Positions 51,187-61,852 of a stretch of DNA of 64,000 nt are shown one piece after another; position 1 is the stretch's first letter, and the number at the start of each line of letters is the position of its first letter. This DNA is from Desulfosudaceae bacterium (lineage in GTDB: Bacteria; Desulfobacterota; Desulfobacteria; Desulfobacterales; Desulfosudaceae). The notes below the pieces were generated by a model. That model was not told where the DNA came from. It saw nothing but the letters and a program-made list of their open reading frames with translations, and made no database searches. The stretch covers positions 960,001-1,024,000 of the forward strand of contig CAXXDV010000003.1 in the NCBI GenBank assembly GCA_963674745.2, given 5' to 3'. The translations under genes and the position numbers were made by a program.

Positions 51187-52715
51187 AATTCCTTCACAGT
51201 ATTACCTTCCGCGTCACACTCTGGTACCTGGCGATACTTGGTGTAATGATGGTGCTACTTGGAATCGGTGTTTATGTGACCCTTTCCAACAGGTTGTATC
51301 ATCATCTTGATGTATCCCTTAAAGAGAGAGCCGAGCACCTTTCCGAGTTCCGCGATGTTCTGTCCATCATTGCCGGAGGAATGTTTGAAGACCAAGCGGG
51401 GGAGTATATTACTTTTTACTATTACGAGGGTAACCGGTTAAAGCATATCGCTCCTAAAGATAATGTATTCCCGATGACAAGAGAAGTGATCGACCGTGTA
51501 TTATCAGGAGAAACGCTGTTTGAAAATGTTGATATACCTCAAAAAGGATTGTTTCGGGTTCTCATTTCCTCATTCACGCCAGATAATCCTGTAGTCAGAC
51601 CAGATCAATTCAGGAGAGAAAGACAACAGCCTAATTATGAACGAAGGAGAGATGGAGGATTTAAATCTCCCCCTCGTCGTGATGACAGACCCAATAGACC
51701 ACCTCCCCCTGACTATAAAGAAAGATATGATCCCAGAATGAAGGTTACATCAGCGGCTCTTGTTATTGCACGCCCCACTAAGGATATAGAAAGTGTTCTC
51801 AGACAACTTTTTCATATTCTGGTAATCGCCATCCCTTTGACACTGCTGTTGGCCGGTGGAGGCGGAATTTTTTTGGCACATCGGGCATTAACCCCGGTGA
51901 AAAGGATCTCAGACACAGCGCGTCAAATTGAAGAAAGCGATTTGAGTCGTCGCATTGATGTGCGCACAAAGGACGAACTGGGCTTTCTTGCCGAAACTCT
52001 CAACCAGATGATCGAAAGACTGGAAAATGCATTCAAACGACAGAAAGAATTCACCAGCGATGCATCACATGAACTTCGTGGTCCCCTTGCCGTGATCCAG
52101 GCAGAAGCTTCATTGTCTCTCCGCAAAGCGCGGGAACCACAGGAATATAAAAAAACGCTTAAAGTGATTTCCGGTGAAGCTGAACGTATGGCTTTTTTAA
52201 CCAATCAGCTTCTTGAACTTGCCCGGATGGATGCCGATAAGGAGCCTGATGTATCTGAATCAATAAACTTGAAAGAATTTCTTCAGAACATCTGTTCCGA
52301 TATAACAATTTTATGTCAAGAAAAGAACCTGGAATTACAGACACATCTTTTAAGTCAAGTTCAGATTAAAGGGGATCGAAAAAGTTTACAAAGAATGTTT
52401 TTTAACATTTTGAATAATGCAATTAAGTATACGAAAGAAGGCGGGACAATTCGTCTTGCTTTGGAAGAAAAAGACCACATGGCCGAGGTCTCTATTTCAG
52501 ACACGGGAATTGGTATACAAAAGGAAAGTTTGCCATATATTTTTGAGAGATTTTATCGTGTTGATAAAGCAAGATCCCGCAGTGAAGGAGGAAGCGGTTT
52601 GGGTCTCTCCATATGCAAACAGATCATTGATGTTCACAAGGGACGAATCGATGTTAACAGCCAAATGGGTAAAGGGAGCACCTTCACCATTAAATTGCCT
52701 ATTATAACAAATTAG
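51183..52715 (+). CDS. Sensor histidine kinase (HAMP; CusS/BaeS-like)
   Basis: 2 TM segments, ASHELRGPL, NAIKYT, FERFYRVD, GSGLGL. Confidence 0.95.
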   Translation: MKFLHSITFRVTLWYLAILGVMMVLLGIGVYVTLSNRLYHHLDVSLKERAEHLSEFRDVLSIIAGGMFEDQAGEYITFYYYEGNRLKHIAPKDNVFPMTREVIDRVLSGETLFENVDIPQKGLFRVLISSFTPDNPVVRPDQFRRERQQPNYERRRDGGFKSPPRRDDRPNRPPPPDYKERYDPRMKVTSAALVIARPTKDIESVLRQLFHILVIAIPLTLLLAGGGGIFLAHRALTPVKRISDTARQIEESDLSRRIDVRTKDELGFLAETLNQMIERLENAFKRQKEFTSDASHELRGPLAVIQAEASLSLRKAREPQEYKKTLKVISGEAERMAFLTNQLLELARMDADKEPDVSESINLKEFLQNICSDITILCQEKNLELQTHLLSQVQIKGDRKSLQRMFFNILNNAIKYTKEGGTIRLALEEKDHMAEVSISDTGIGIQKESLPYIFERFYRVDKARSRSEGGSGLGLSICKQIIDVHKGRIDVNSQMGKGSTFTIKLPIITN

Positions 52716-52917
52716 ATCAGCTATTCCAGATTATGTCTATTTCGACATTGGGCTTTTTCTGAGGATGAGGATTGACGAATTCAATATGCTGAATTAGGGG
52801 TTATGGATAAATCTTCAACGTTTCTTGACGGCTTTTTAGACGGCTTTTAACGCCCGTAAACGGCTTTTGGTGGTCGAAAAAGCCAATAAAATCAAGTAGA
52901 ATACGCTTTGGAACGCT

Positions 52918-52962
52918 CTGTCACGCCGGAGGTCGCGAGTTCGAGTCTCGTCACTCCCGCCA
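52918..52962 (+). repeat. 3' half of tRNA-Asp(GTC), att core rather than a complete tRNA
   Basis: CTGTCACGCCGGAGGTCGCGAGTTCGAGTCTCGTCACTCCCGCCA; 5' half absent; GACGGC repeats on both flanks. Confidence 0.85.
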
Positions 52963-53351
52963 TTATACAAATCAAATCCAGTTGGTTATAAACTGCCTGG
53001 ATTTTTTGTTTTTACAGGTTATGGTCCAAGCGGCTTATTAGACGGCTTTTTTGACGGCTCAAGCACAGTTTTTTCTCTCGCTTTATGTATGGCTTTTCTT
53101 ACAATAACAATCGGATATACAGGAGACGGTATCCGGTTAACATAGCCGGCGGTCGCCCTCCCCTTTCTTTGAAAGTACCTGTAAATCGAAATTATCAATC
53201 ATGAGCGAATAGCGATCTTTGGGTCGTGACGCCTTTTTTTGTGGGATAACGTACAATATTTTTCGCACATTTTTTAATGAAGAAGTAGCCCTCGATCTGG
53301 TAAGGGTTGGGTAGACCAAGACTCAACCACAAAACAGAAGGAGAGCTACGA

Positions 53352-53985
53352 ATGCAGGATACCAAAAGGTGTGCGGGAAGCAAGGGTTTAAAATCAGGGC
53401 AAATAATCAAGATCGAGCAGGGGCAGTTAAAGAAGCACTTGGACAAGGTGGTCAGAGGGACGGTGGAGGAGACGTTGAACGCCTTGCTGGATGCTGAGGC
53501 GGATCAACTGTGTAAGGCCAGGCGATATGAACACACCAAAGCCCGCAGAGATACCCGGGCAGGATTTTATACCCGTAAGCTGGAGACAAAGGCCGGAGAG
53601 GTTGAGCTCAAGGTGCCCAAGTTGAGGACGCTGCCGTTTGAGACCGCCATTATCGAGCGTTACCGGAGACGGGAGAGTTCGGTAGAAGAAGCGCTGATAG
53701 AGATGTATCTGGCCGGCATATCGGTCAGGCGGGTGGAAGACATTACCGAGTCCTTGTGGGGAACAAGAGTCAGTCCTTCAACGGTAAGCAACCTGAACAA
53801 GAAAGTATACGGTCGTATCCGGAAGTGGCTCGAAGAACCGATCACCGGTGATTATGTATATGTTTTTTTGGACGGGATCTGGCTGAAGCGGTCCTGGGCC
53901 GGGGAAGTAAAGAACGTCAGCGTTCTGGTAGCGATAGGAGTTGACCGGTTCGGTTATCGCCAGGTATTGGGTGTTAAAGAAGGCG
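53352..53985 (+). mobile_element. IS256-family transposase, 3'-truncated
   Basis: RAGFYTRKLETKAGEVELKVPKLR, EMYLAGISVRRV, VFLDGIWLK. Confidence 0.9.
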
Positions 53986-55308
53986 GCATTTCTGTCCCTC
54001 CTGCCACCAGAAGCGGGTGGTGGAATTCGGCGAGTGGCTGTGCACGGATGTGCTCAAATCCGTTCCCCATCGGCAATGGGTATTCTCCATCCCCAAACGG
54101 CTGCGGCCCTGGTTTTCTCATGACAGAAAACTGCTGGCCGGGCTGTCACGGTGTGCCTGGAAGGTTTTCTGCCAATATCTGAAGCACTCTGTTCCGCATG
54201 ACGATGCCGTGCCCGGCGGCGTGGTGGCGGTGCAGACCTTTGGGGACTTCCAGAACTTTAACCCGCATCTGCACATTATCGCCACGGACGGCTGCTTTTA
54301 CGGGCAGGGGCAGTTCCAGGTGGGGAGCCAGCCGGTTGCTGATGACCTGACGCCGCTGTTCCGGCAGGAGGTGTTCAAGCTGCTCAAATCTTACGGCCTG
54401 TCGGAACGGGTCATAGAAAACATGATGGGCTGGCATCACAGCGGGTTTAATGTTTACTGCGGTCCGGCCATCTGGCCGGGCGACAACACCGGCGTCGAGA
54501 ACCTGGCCCGGTATATTATTCGGGCGGCTTTTTCTCAGGAGCGGATGCAATACATCCCGGCCTCAAGCGCATCCGACGGCCGGGCCAAAGTCATTTATCA
54601 GTCTAAAAACGGCCGCGAGCGCAAAGTGTTTCCGGCCCTGGACTGGCTGGCCCAAATGACCACGCACATCCCCAACCGCAGGGAACATATGGTCCGTTAT
54701 TATGGATACTACAGCAACAAGAGCCGGGGCCAGCGGAAAAAAGCGGACCAGGATGACGACATTGCCAACATCATCGAGACGGACCTGCCCAATAAGGCCT
54801 TCAGAAAATCCTGGGCGCGGCTGATACAGAAGATATATGAAGTTGATCCGCTGTTATGCCCCAAGTGCCAGGGGGAAATGAAGATCATCAGTTTTATAGA
54901 GGAGCAGGCCGTCATCAAGCAGATACTTCAGCACCTTGGTTTATGGGAGACCCGCAACAACGACCCGCCGACACCGCAACTGAATGTTGTCCGGGAACTG
55001 ACCTATCATCCTGCGCCTGACCAGGCACAGGATGATGACGGATACTGGCCACAGGTTCCCGATTATGGCTACTGGGCGGATTGATTATTTTAGAAATTCG
55101 GTCCCGGCGGCACAATAGAGCTGCCTCAAAAATCCCGCTTTTTCTGAAGTTTTTGTTGTCCTGACGGCTTTTGGGCTTTTTCTGCCTCACCTTGAAACGA
55201 CCTGCCAAATCCGCCCCAAACCGCACGTCAACATGTGGTGCCCTCAAAATCATTGACACACAAACCCGGCCCTGCTATAGTTTACGACCATAAAAGCAAG
55301 TTCTTATC
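53981..55308 (+). mobile_element. IS91-family (Y2 rolling-circle) transposase, 5'-truncated (frame ends at 55084), with its downstream terminus
   Basis: RRHFCPSCHQKR, HRQWVFSIPKRLR, NPHLHII (HUH), ARYIIR, VRYYGYYSN. Confidence 0.9.
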
Positions 55309-55584
55309 CATTTATCTGACCGACTTAAAGATACGCACCCGGCCAAGGCCGCGGCAAAAAGACAAACAATAATAATTCTCATGATTCCTCCCATGTTTTG
55401 AGTTTTTTAATAACCTCCGACCGGCCGGGTGCGGGCTGAATCCCCGGTCCCGACCGGCCGGGTGCCCCGGATGATTTTTTAATTTTAACTTTTTGGGAAA
55501 TCCTGTTATATAAATACGGAGAAGATGCGGAGAAGGAAAGAAGCAGATAAAAAAAAAATAAATACCTGAAAAATCAATAAAAAC

Positions 55585-55682
55585 TGGCGGAAGTGCATGG
55601 GAATCGAACCCACCCGGGACGGTGTTAGCGCCCCACACCGGATTTGAAGTCCGGGAGCATCACCAGAACGCTGCGCACTTCC
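55585..55682 (-). tRNA. selC: tRNA-Sec (anticodon UCA)
   Basis: GGAAG 5' end, CCGGA-CTTCAAA-TCCGG anticodon arm, long variable arm, extended acceptor stem, encoded CCA; 98 nt. Confidence 0.97.
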
Positions 55683-55759
55683 ATGACCTGTTTTGTGCAT
55701 AAAGTAAACAGGAATGTGATATCTGTCAATGTATTTGTCTTTTTAAAAGGAAGGTTTTC

Positions 55760-56896
55760 ATGACGGTAAACACAAAGCGTCTGGCGGATACGTTCGACGC
55801 GCTGGTCAGAATTGACAGTGAATCAAGGGACGAGCGTGCGGTCTGTGAATTCATTTCCGGATTGTTTTCAAAGCTGGGCGCCCAGATCATAACCGATCAT
55901 TCACAGGCGCAAACCGGCAGCAACACCGGTAACCTGCTGGCACGGTTTGAGGGAAATCAGGGTCTGGAGCCCCTGCTGATCGGTGCGCACATGGATACGG
56001 TTACGCCGGGGCGGGGGATTATTCCGGTTTTCAAAGACGGGCTGTTCTCCAGCGAAGGTGATACCATTCTGGGCTCTGACGACAAGAGCGCCATTGCCAT
56101 CATGTATGAGGCCATGTGTGTGCTGCAAGAGGCCGGCGTTGATTTCTGCCCCCTGGAACTGGTTTTTACCGTGTGTGAAGAAATCGGTTTGATCGGTGCT
56201 AAACATTTTGATTTTTCCCTGTTGCGGGCCAAGAGCGGTTATATGCTGGATGCCTCAAACACGGCCGGTATCGTGACCCGGGCGCCGGCCGCCAATCGAC
56301 TGGAATTTGTGATTCACGGTAAAGATGCCCATGCCGGTGCCCATCCGGAAGACGGTGTCAATGCGATCTCAGTAGCCGCAAAAGCCATTGCCTGCCTTGA
56401 GCCCGGCCGGGTTGATGAAGAAACCACATTCAACATCGGCTTGATCCAGGGCGGTCAGGCGACTAACATTGTGCCGGCCCTGGTCACGGTCCGGGGAGAG
56501 GCCAGGAGTCAGCGGGATGACAAACTGGACGAGGTGACCGATCAGGTGGTAACGGTTTTTCGCGAAACGGTGGCCCGGGCGGCTGAACAGTCGAGGCATG
56601 AGGGATTCCCGTACCTCGAGGTTTCAGTCGTCAATGATTTTAAGAGTTTTTATATCCCGTCCGATCACCGGGTGGTCACAACCGCCGCCAGTGCCGCCCG
56701 TGTTCTGGGTTTCGATATGGTGGAAACCGTATCCGGCGGCGGGTCTGACGCCAATATATTCTTTCAGCACGGTATTACGGCCGGTGTACTGGGAACCGGT
56801 ATGAGGGATATTCATTCCGTACGCGAGAACGTTGCCCTTGATGACATGGCCCGGGCTACTGATCTGTTGATTGAAATCGTAAAAGCCTCTTCCTGA
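55760..56896 (+). CDS. M20 family peptidase T-like metallohydrolase
   Basis: AHMDTV, ILGSDDK, EEIG, GGGSDAN, IHS. Confidence 0.92.
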   Translation: MTVNTKRLADTFDALVRIDSESRDERAVCEFISGLFSKLGAQIITDHSQAQTGSNTGNLLARFEGNQGLEPLLIGAHMDTVTPGRGIIPVFKDGLFSSEGDTILGSDDKSAIAIMYEAMCVLQEAGVDFCPLELVFTVCEEIGLIGAKHFDFSLLRAKSGYMLDASNTAGIVTRAPAANRLEFVIHGKDAHAGAHPEDGVNAISVAAKAIACLEPGRVDEETTFNIGLIQGGQATNIVPALVTVRGEARSQRDDKLDEVTDQVVTVFRETVARAAEQSRHEGFPYLEVSVVNDFKSFYIPSDHRVVTTAASAARVLGFDMVETVSGGGSDANIFFQHGITAGVLGTGMRDIHSVRENVALDDMARATDLLIEIVKASS

Positions 56897-56976
56897 TGTC
56901 AGTACCACAGAGGTGGCGCGGCCGGGTTGGCCGGGCGGCGTTCCTCTACAACACCCATCAATACGTACCGCGTCCC

Positions 56977-57035
56977 GTAGGGGCACCCCCCTGTGGGTGC
57001 CCTCCATCAGGGCAGGCACAGGGGCCTGCCCCTAC
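56977..57035. repeat. Inverted pair of GTAG-type REP elements
   Basis: GTAGGGGCACCCCCCTGTGGGTGCCC ... GGGCAGGCACAGGGGCCTGCCCCTAC between convergent genes. Confidence 0.75.
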
Positions 57036-57125
57036 TACAATGTTTACCAGCGTCCTTCCGCGTCTCATAGGGGGTACCCCCCAGTTGGTGCCCGTTCATT
57101 TCTTCCCAATGGAGAAAGATCCGGA

Positions 57126-57743
57126 TCAGTGGGCCGAATAGCTCTGCGGAAAGCTCTGGGGAACGCCTTCGAAGGGCGTCCGCTTTTTGGATTTGAGTGT
57201 TTTCGGGTCCCTTAACGTTTTCAAAATATCAATGCTTTCCTTCATACCCTTAAGATGACGGGCCATGCCAATGGCCAGGCCGGTGATGTTTGCCATGGCC
57301 TGGACAAAGTTGACATCTTCCAGCGTAAACTCCCATGGCTCGGCGGTATAGACCCGCAGGGCACCGATGACCCGGCCGCCGGTAACAATAGGAACGGAAA
57401 GGATCGAGGCGATACCCTCTTTTTCGGCTGCTTCCGGATACTGAATGCGGGGATCATCGCTGACATCATAAATCGCGACCGGACCGTCTTCCAGAGATGC
57501 GGCAATAGACTGCAAGGCGCTTAACGGTCCTTTGTTGATATATTCATCACTGAGGCCAAAGGAAGCTGCCACTTCCAGGGCATTGGTACTGCGATTAACG
57601 AGAAACAGGGTGCACCCTTTAACATCCAGGGCTGTCTTAATGCTTTCCACAGCCATTAACACGACCTCTTCAGGATCACGAGAATGAGAAATGGCGTTGG
57701 TAATTTTCAGTAATGTTTCATAATTGAGCATTTGTTTTTTCAT
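57126..57743 (-). CDS. GAF domain protein
   Basis: ASFGLSDEYINKG, DPRIQY, EGIASILSVP, IGALRVYT. Confidence 0.9.
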   Translation of the reverse strand: MKKQMLNYETLLKITNAISHSRDPEEVVLMAVESIKTALDVKGCTLFLVNRSTNALEVAASFGLSDEYINKGPLSALQSIAASLEDGPVAIYDVSDDPRIQYPEAAEKEGIASILSVPIVTGGRVIGALRVYTAEPWEFTLEDVNFVQAMANITGLAIGMARHLKGMKESIDILKTLRDPKTLKSKKRTPFEGVPQSFPQSYSAH

Positions 57744-58213
57744 GTGCCCCCCTTATGGAATAATGACAAAAATTAATATTCCCACCATCTTTTTCGATGA
57801 TCCGGCTTCCATCAGATGGCCAACACGGGTGATGGAAGCCGCAAGTGGCATAGCTTGAGCCGCATTTTTCCTCCTCTTAGACAGAGAGGCGTCTAAACGT
57901 AATTAACAGTGCTCGGGGGTGAGGCGGCTTTGTCGGATAGAACGCAGCTTAGGAAGATTTTCTGGTTGAGTGTCAGACCCCCCGGATCGTTTAACTTTAA
58001 TAATAGACCTGACTGACTGAAAAGGCAAATAAAAAACAGTAAGTCGAGCCTCCCAGGCACAAAAAATTACGACGCAATATCAGGCTATTTCAGCATTGTC
58101 GAGACACTGGGCAAAATCGACCGATTCTGCTTGATTATTCCGTTTGCATATAATAAATTTTTTAGTTTGAATATAACCGCGTGTGCGGGTCACCATAAGG
58201 AGGTAAGGACATT

Positions 58214-58774
58214 ATGAAAGATTACAAAATAAAGGATCTGATGGTTTCTCTTTCGGAGTACGCCACGGTATCCGAAGACGCGACGTTGTATGAGGCGGTG
58301 GTCGCTCTGGAAAATGCTCAGCAGAGTTTCAAGCAGGACCGATACCCGCATCGGGCTGTTCTCGTTTATGACAAAAATAAAAAAATTGTGGGGAAATTGG
58401 GGCTGCTTGATGTGCTCAAAGCCCTTGAACCAAAGTATTTTGAAATGCAGAACCGTCAGGGCATGACCGGGCTGGGTTTCAGCAAAAAGTTTATGAAATC
58501 CATGTTGGAAAATTTCCGGTTGCTTGACGGGGCCATGGAAAACATCTGCAGAAAAGCCGGGGAAACCAAAGTCAGCAAGATTATGGTCCAACCCACGGAA
58601 GGCGAATATGTTGATGTCGATGCTTCATTAAACGAAGCCATTCACCTGCTGGTTTTGGGACAGCATCAGTCCCTGCTGGTGACCGATAAGAACGGAGACA
58701 TTATCGGTGTTCTGAGGTTGACGGATATTTTCACCGACATTTGCCAGACAATGCATACATGTGGACTTTCATAA
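58214..58774 (+). CDS. CBS domain protein
   Basis: Tandem CBS motifs (HRAVLVYD..IVGKL; LLVTD..IIGVLRLTD). Confidence 0.88.
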   Translation: MKDYKIKDLMVSLSEYATVSEDATLYEAVVALENAQQSFKQDRYPHRAVLVYDKNKKIVGKLGLLDVLKALEPKYFEMQNRQGMTGLGFSKKFMKSMLENFRLLDGAMENICRKAGETKVSKIMVQPTEGEYVDVDASLNEAIHLLVLGQHQSLLVTDKNGDIIGVLRLTDIFTDICQTMHTCGLS

Positions 58775-58818
58775 TTGCTATTTCCCCCCTTTTTGTAAGC
58801 TTAAGGAGGCTTTGATTC

Positions 58819-60294
58819 ATGGGTAACGCGCAGTCATCTGAAAAAAACTGGACAAAAATTATCGCCCTGTTCGGCGGGATTTTTTTATTCGCACTTGTTT
58901 ATTATTCACCGCCCTGGTTCGATGCCGTGGATCCGGAAGGAAAACACTTCGTCTTGTCCCAGGAGGGCAAAGGCGCCCTGGCGGTATTCTTGCTGGCCAG
59001 TACCTGGTGGGTCTTTGAGGTGGTTCCCATCGGTATTACCAGCCTGATGATCGGCATCCTGCAGGTGTTGTTTCTCATCCGTCCGGCCAATGAAGCATTC
59101 AAGGACTTTATGGACCCCTCGGTGCTGTTCATTTTCGGCTCCATCGTTATCGGCCTGGTATTTACCAAAACCGGGCTGACCCGGCGACTGGCCTATAAAA
59201 TGCTGATAATTGTGGGTGAACGTACCAGCATGATTTACCTGGGCTGTTTCGTTGTTACGGCCGCCCTGGCCCATATCATGGCCCATACGGCCGTGGCCGC
59301 CACCATTTATCCGCTGCTGATGGCTATTTATGCGCTGTACGGCGAAGGCGACAAACAGACCAAGTTCGGCAAAGGCCTGTTTATAGGCATGGCCTATGTG
59401 GCCGGGGCCGGCAGTATCGTAACCCTGCTGGGCGCGGCCAGGGGCGCGGTTGCCATCGGGTTTTTCAAAGATGTCGTGGGTAAGGACATCGGGTTTTTCG
59501 AGCTCACCTACTATATGCTCCCTATCGGCTGGTTGATGACATTCCTGCTGTGGGGGTATTTCATGATTGTCTGTAAACCCGAAAAAAAGACCATCCCGGG
59601 CCTGCGCGAAAAAGCACGGGAGCTGAACAAGGAACTGGGCGGGATTACCCGCCAGGAAATTATAGCCGCCGTTATCGTAGGGGCATGTGTCCTTTCCCTG
59701 GGTGTGATCGCCGTGTTGAAGTCGACGGTCCCCGGTTTTCATCCCCCCCATAAAACCGCCGTTATCCTGCTGTCCACGGTTCTGTTTTTCTTGGCCGGCA
59801 TTTTGACCATCGAAGATCTGGAAGAAGTGCCCTGGAACATTATTCTGTTGTTTGCCGGCGCCATGAGTATCGGCTTCTGTCTGTGGCAGACCGGTGCCGC
59901 TGAATGGCTGGCCATCAACTGGCTGGTTATGTTTGAAAAGGCCCATTGGTTTGTGTTCGTTCTGGGTATTGCTTTTTTTGTCATGATCATGACCAACTTC
60001 ATTATGAACGTGGCCGCCATTGCCATTTCCCTGCCGGTGGCCCTGGTTATCGCGCCTTACCTGGGGGTGGCCGGAGAAGTTATTCTGTTCGCTTCACTGG
60101 TGACCGCCGGTATGCCTTTTCTGCTGCTGGTGGGTGCCGCTCCGAATGCCATCGCCTATGACTCCAAACAGTTTACCACCGGCGAATTCTTCCTTTACGG
60201 TCTGCCCGCCAGTGTTCTGCTGATGGCGGTGGTCGGTTTTTCAGTATATGTGCTGTGGCCTCTGATGGGCATGCCGATTACAATCGGTAATTAA
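58819..60294 (+). CDS. SLC13/DASS family anion permease
   Basis: Many TM segments; EVVPIGITS, GAAPNAIAY. Confidence 0.9.
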   Translation: MGNAQSSEKNWTKIIALFGGIFLFALVYYSPPWFDAVDPEGKHFVLSQEGKGALAVFLLASTWWVFEVVPIGITSLMIGILQVLFLIRPANEAFKDFMDPSVLFIFGSIVIGLVFTKTGLTRRLAYKMLIIVGERTSMIYLGCFVVTAALAHIMAHTAVAATIYPLLMAIYALYGEGDKQTKFGKGLFIGMAYVAGAGSIVTLLGAARGAVAIGFFKDVVGKDIGFFELTYYMLPIGWLMTFLLWGYFMIVCKPEKKTIPGLREKARELNKELGGITRQEIIAAVIVGACVLSLGVIAVLKSTVPGFHPPHKTAVILLSTVLFFLAGILTIEDLEEVPWNIILLFAGAMSIGFCLWQTGAAEWLAINWLVMFEKAHWFVFVLGIAFFVMIMTNFIMNVAAIAISLPVALVIAPYLGVAGEVILFASLVTAGMPFLLLVGAAPNAIAYDSKQFTTGEFFLYGLPASVLLMAVVGFSVYVLWPLMGMPITIGN

Positions 60295-60379
60295 CTGGAT
60301 TTACTATAAATCTGTTTTGCGGAAACAGGCTGCCGGGGATTACCGCCGGCCTGTTTCCGGTTTTTGGGCAGATAACCTC

Positions 60380-61852
60380 ATGAAACAGGTCAGCCTTTCC
60401 ACACGTATTTTTTTTAATGTCTCCCTGTTGCTGGTGGTCACGGTCTGTATGGGGGTTACCACTATCTGGTTTGCCAGCCGGTTCAACGGTATGCTGCACC
60501 AGATATCCCAGGAAGCCATTGTGCTGGTTCAGGCCTCCCGTGAAATGAACACCCAATTGGCCAATCAGAAAGGGTTTGTCACCTATTATTTTCTTGACGG
60601 TGATCAAAAATGGCTAAAAGAGCTGGATACCCATCGAAAACAGTTCAGCGAATGGCTGGATAAAACTTATGAAATAACCCATGGCCCCGCCCAGGCGTCT
60701 TTACGTGAACAGATCAAGAGACAGTACAATGATTATATACTGGCTAAAGACAAAGTCATTGATCTGTACCAGTCCGGAAAAAAAGAAGAAGGTGAAGCCC
60801 TGCACTGGAAGGTCCGCGATCAATATTTTCAGCTTTACGAACTGTGCCGCAAGTATTTGAGCCTGAACGAATTACAGATCCGCAAGGCCCGTGACAAGAG
60901 CCGTCAGAATTTCCGCCAGATCACTTCTGTCACCATAACCCTGATTGTGTCCCAGTTTATTCTTACTGCCTTGCTGTTGTTTAATCTGATCAGCCATATC
61001 ATTATCCCCATTCAGCGTCTCTCACGTGAAACGGTGACAGACAAATCGGTTCCTGAACCGGGCAATGAGGTGAACCGTTTGAGAGATAGTGTCCATGAGT
61101 TGCTTGATGAACGGGACCGCACCAGAAGTGAACTCGAGCAAAGCAAGGAAATGCTCATGAACTCGGAAAAAATGGCCTTGGTCGGCCGACTGGCACCGGT
61201 CGTGGCGCACAGCATCCGAAATCCCATGACATCCATCAACATGCGTCTGTTTTCTCTCCAGCGCAATCTGGACATGACCGAGAATCAAAAAGAAGATTTT
61301 GAGGTGGTGTTTGAGGAAATGAATCGGCTGGACAATATCGTTCAGAATTTTTTGGAGTTTTCCAAACCCCATAAACTGAAAAAACAGCGGATCAGTATCT
61401 CGAAAATCATCTCCACCACCATGGATCTGCTGTCCTATCGCCTGGATCTGTATAATATCACCATTACCCGCCAACAGGAGGTGGAAAATCTCGAGCTTGA
61501 AGCTGATCCCGGCCTGTTGAAGGAGGTGTTTGTCAACCTCATCGTCAATGCCTGTGAAGCCATGGAAGACGGCGGGGAAATTATTGTGGTGGAAAAAGAA
61601 GCCGTGGCGGATAACATCGGCCAGGCCATCATGATTGAAGTCATTGATAATGGTCCGGGCATGTCTCCGGAAATGCAGGACCGGGCCTTTAAACCGTTTG
61701 AAACGACCAAGCCGGACGGTACCGGGCTGGGCCTGTTTATTGTATTAAAAATTATCGAAGAACACGGCGGGATATTGAATCTCCGTTCCCGGGAAGGTCA
61801 GGGCACTACCTTTACGATTATCCTGCCGGCTTATGAAAAGGTTTCCGCATGA
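60380..61852 (+). CDS. Sensor histidine kinase (four-helix periplasmic domain)
   Basis: AHSIRNP, NACEAM, DNGPG, GTGLGL; likely start MKQVSL. Confidence 0.92.
   Translation: MKQVSLSTRIFFNVSLLLVVTVCMGVTTIWFASRFNGMLHQISQEAIVLVQASREMNTQLANQKGFVTYYFLDGDQKWLKELDTHRKQFSEWLDKTYEITHGPAQASLREQIKRQYNDYILAKDKVIDLYQSGKKEEGEALHWKVRDQYFQLYELCRKYLSLNELQIRKARDKSRQNFRQITSVTITLIVSQFILTALLLFNLISHIIIPIQRLSRETVTDKSVPEPGNEVNRLRDSVHELLDERDRTRSELEQSKEMLMNSEKMALVGRLAPVVAHSIRNPMTSINMRLFSLQRNLDMTENQKEDFEVVFEEMNRLDNIVQNFLEFSKPHKLKKQRISISKIISTTMDLLSYRLDLYNITITRQQEVENLELEADPGLLKEVFVNLIVNACEAMEDGGEIIVVEKEAVADNIGQAIMIEVIDNGPGMSPEMQDRAFKPFETTKPDGTGLGLFIVLKIIEEHGGILNLRSREGQGTTFTIILPAYEKVSA

Noticed and set aside
56896..57215. 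ORFs spanning the peptidase-GAF intergenic region
   Set aside because: They are translations of REP-like palindromes.
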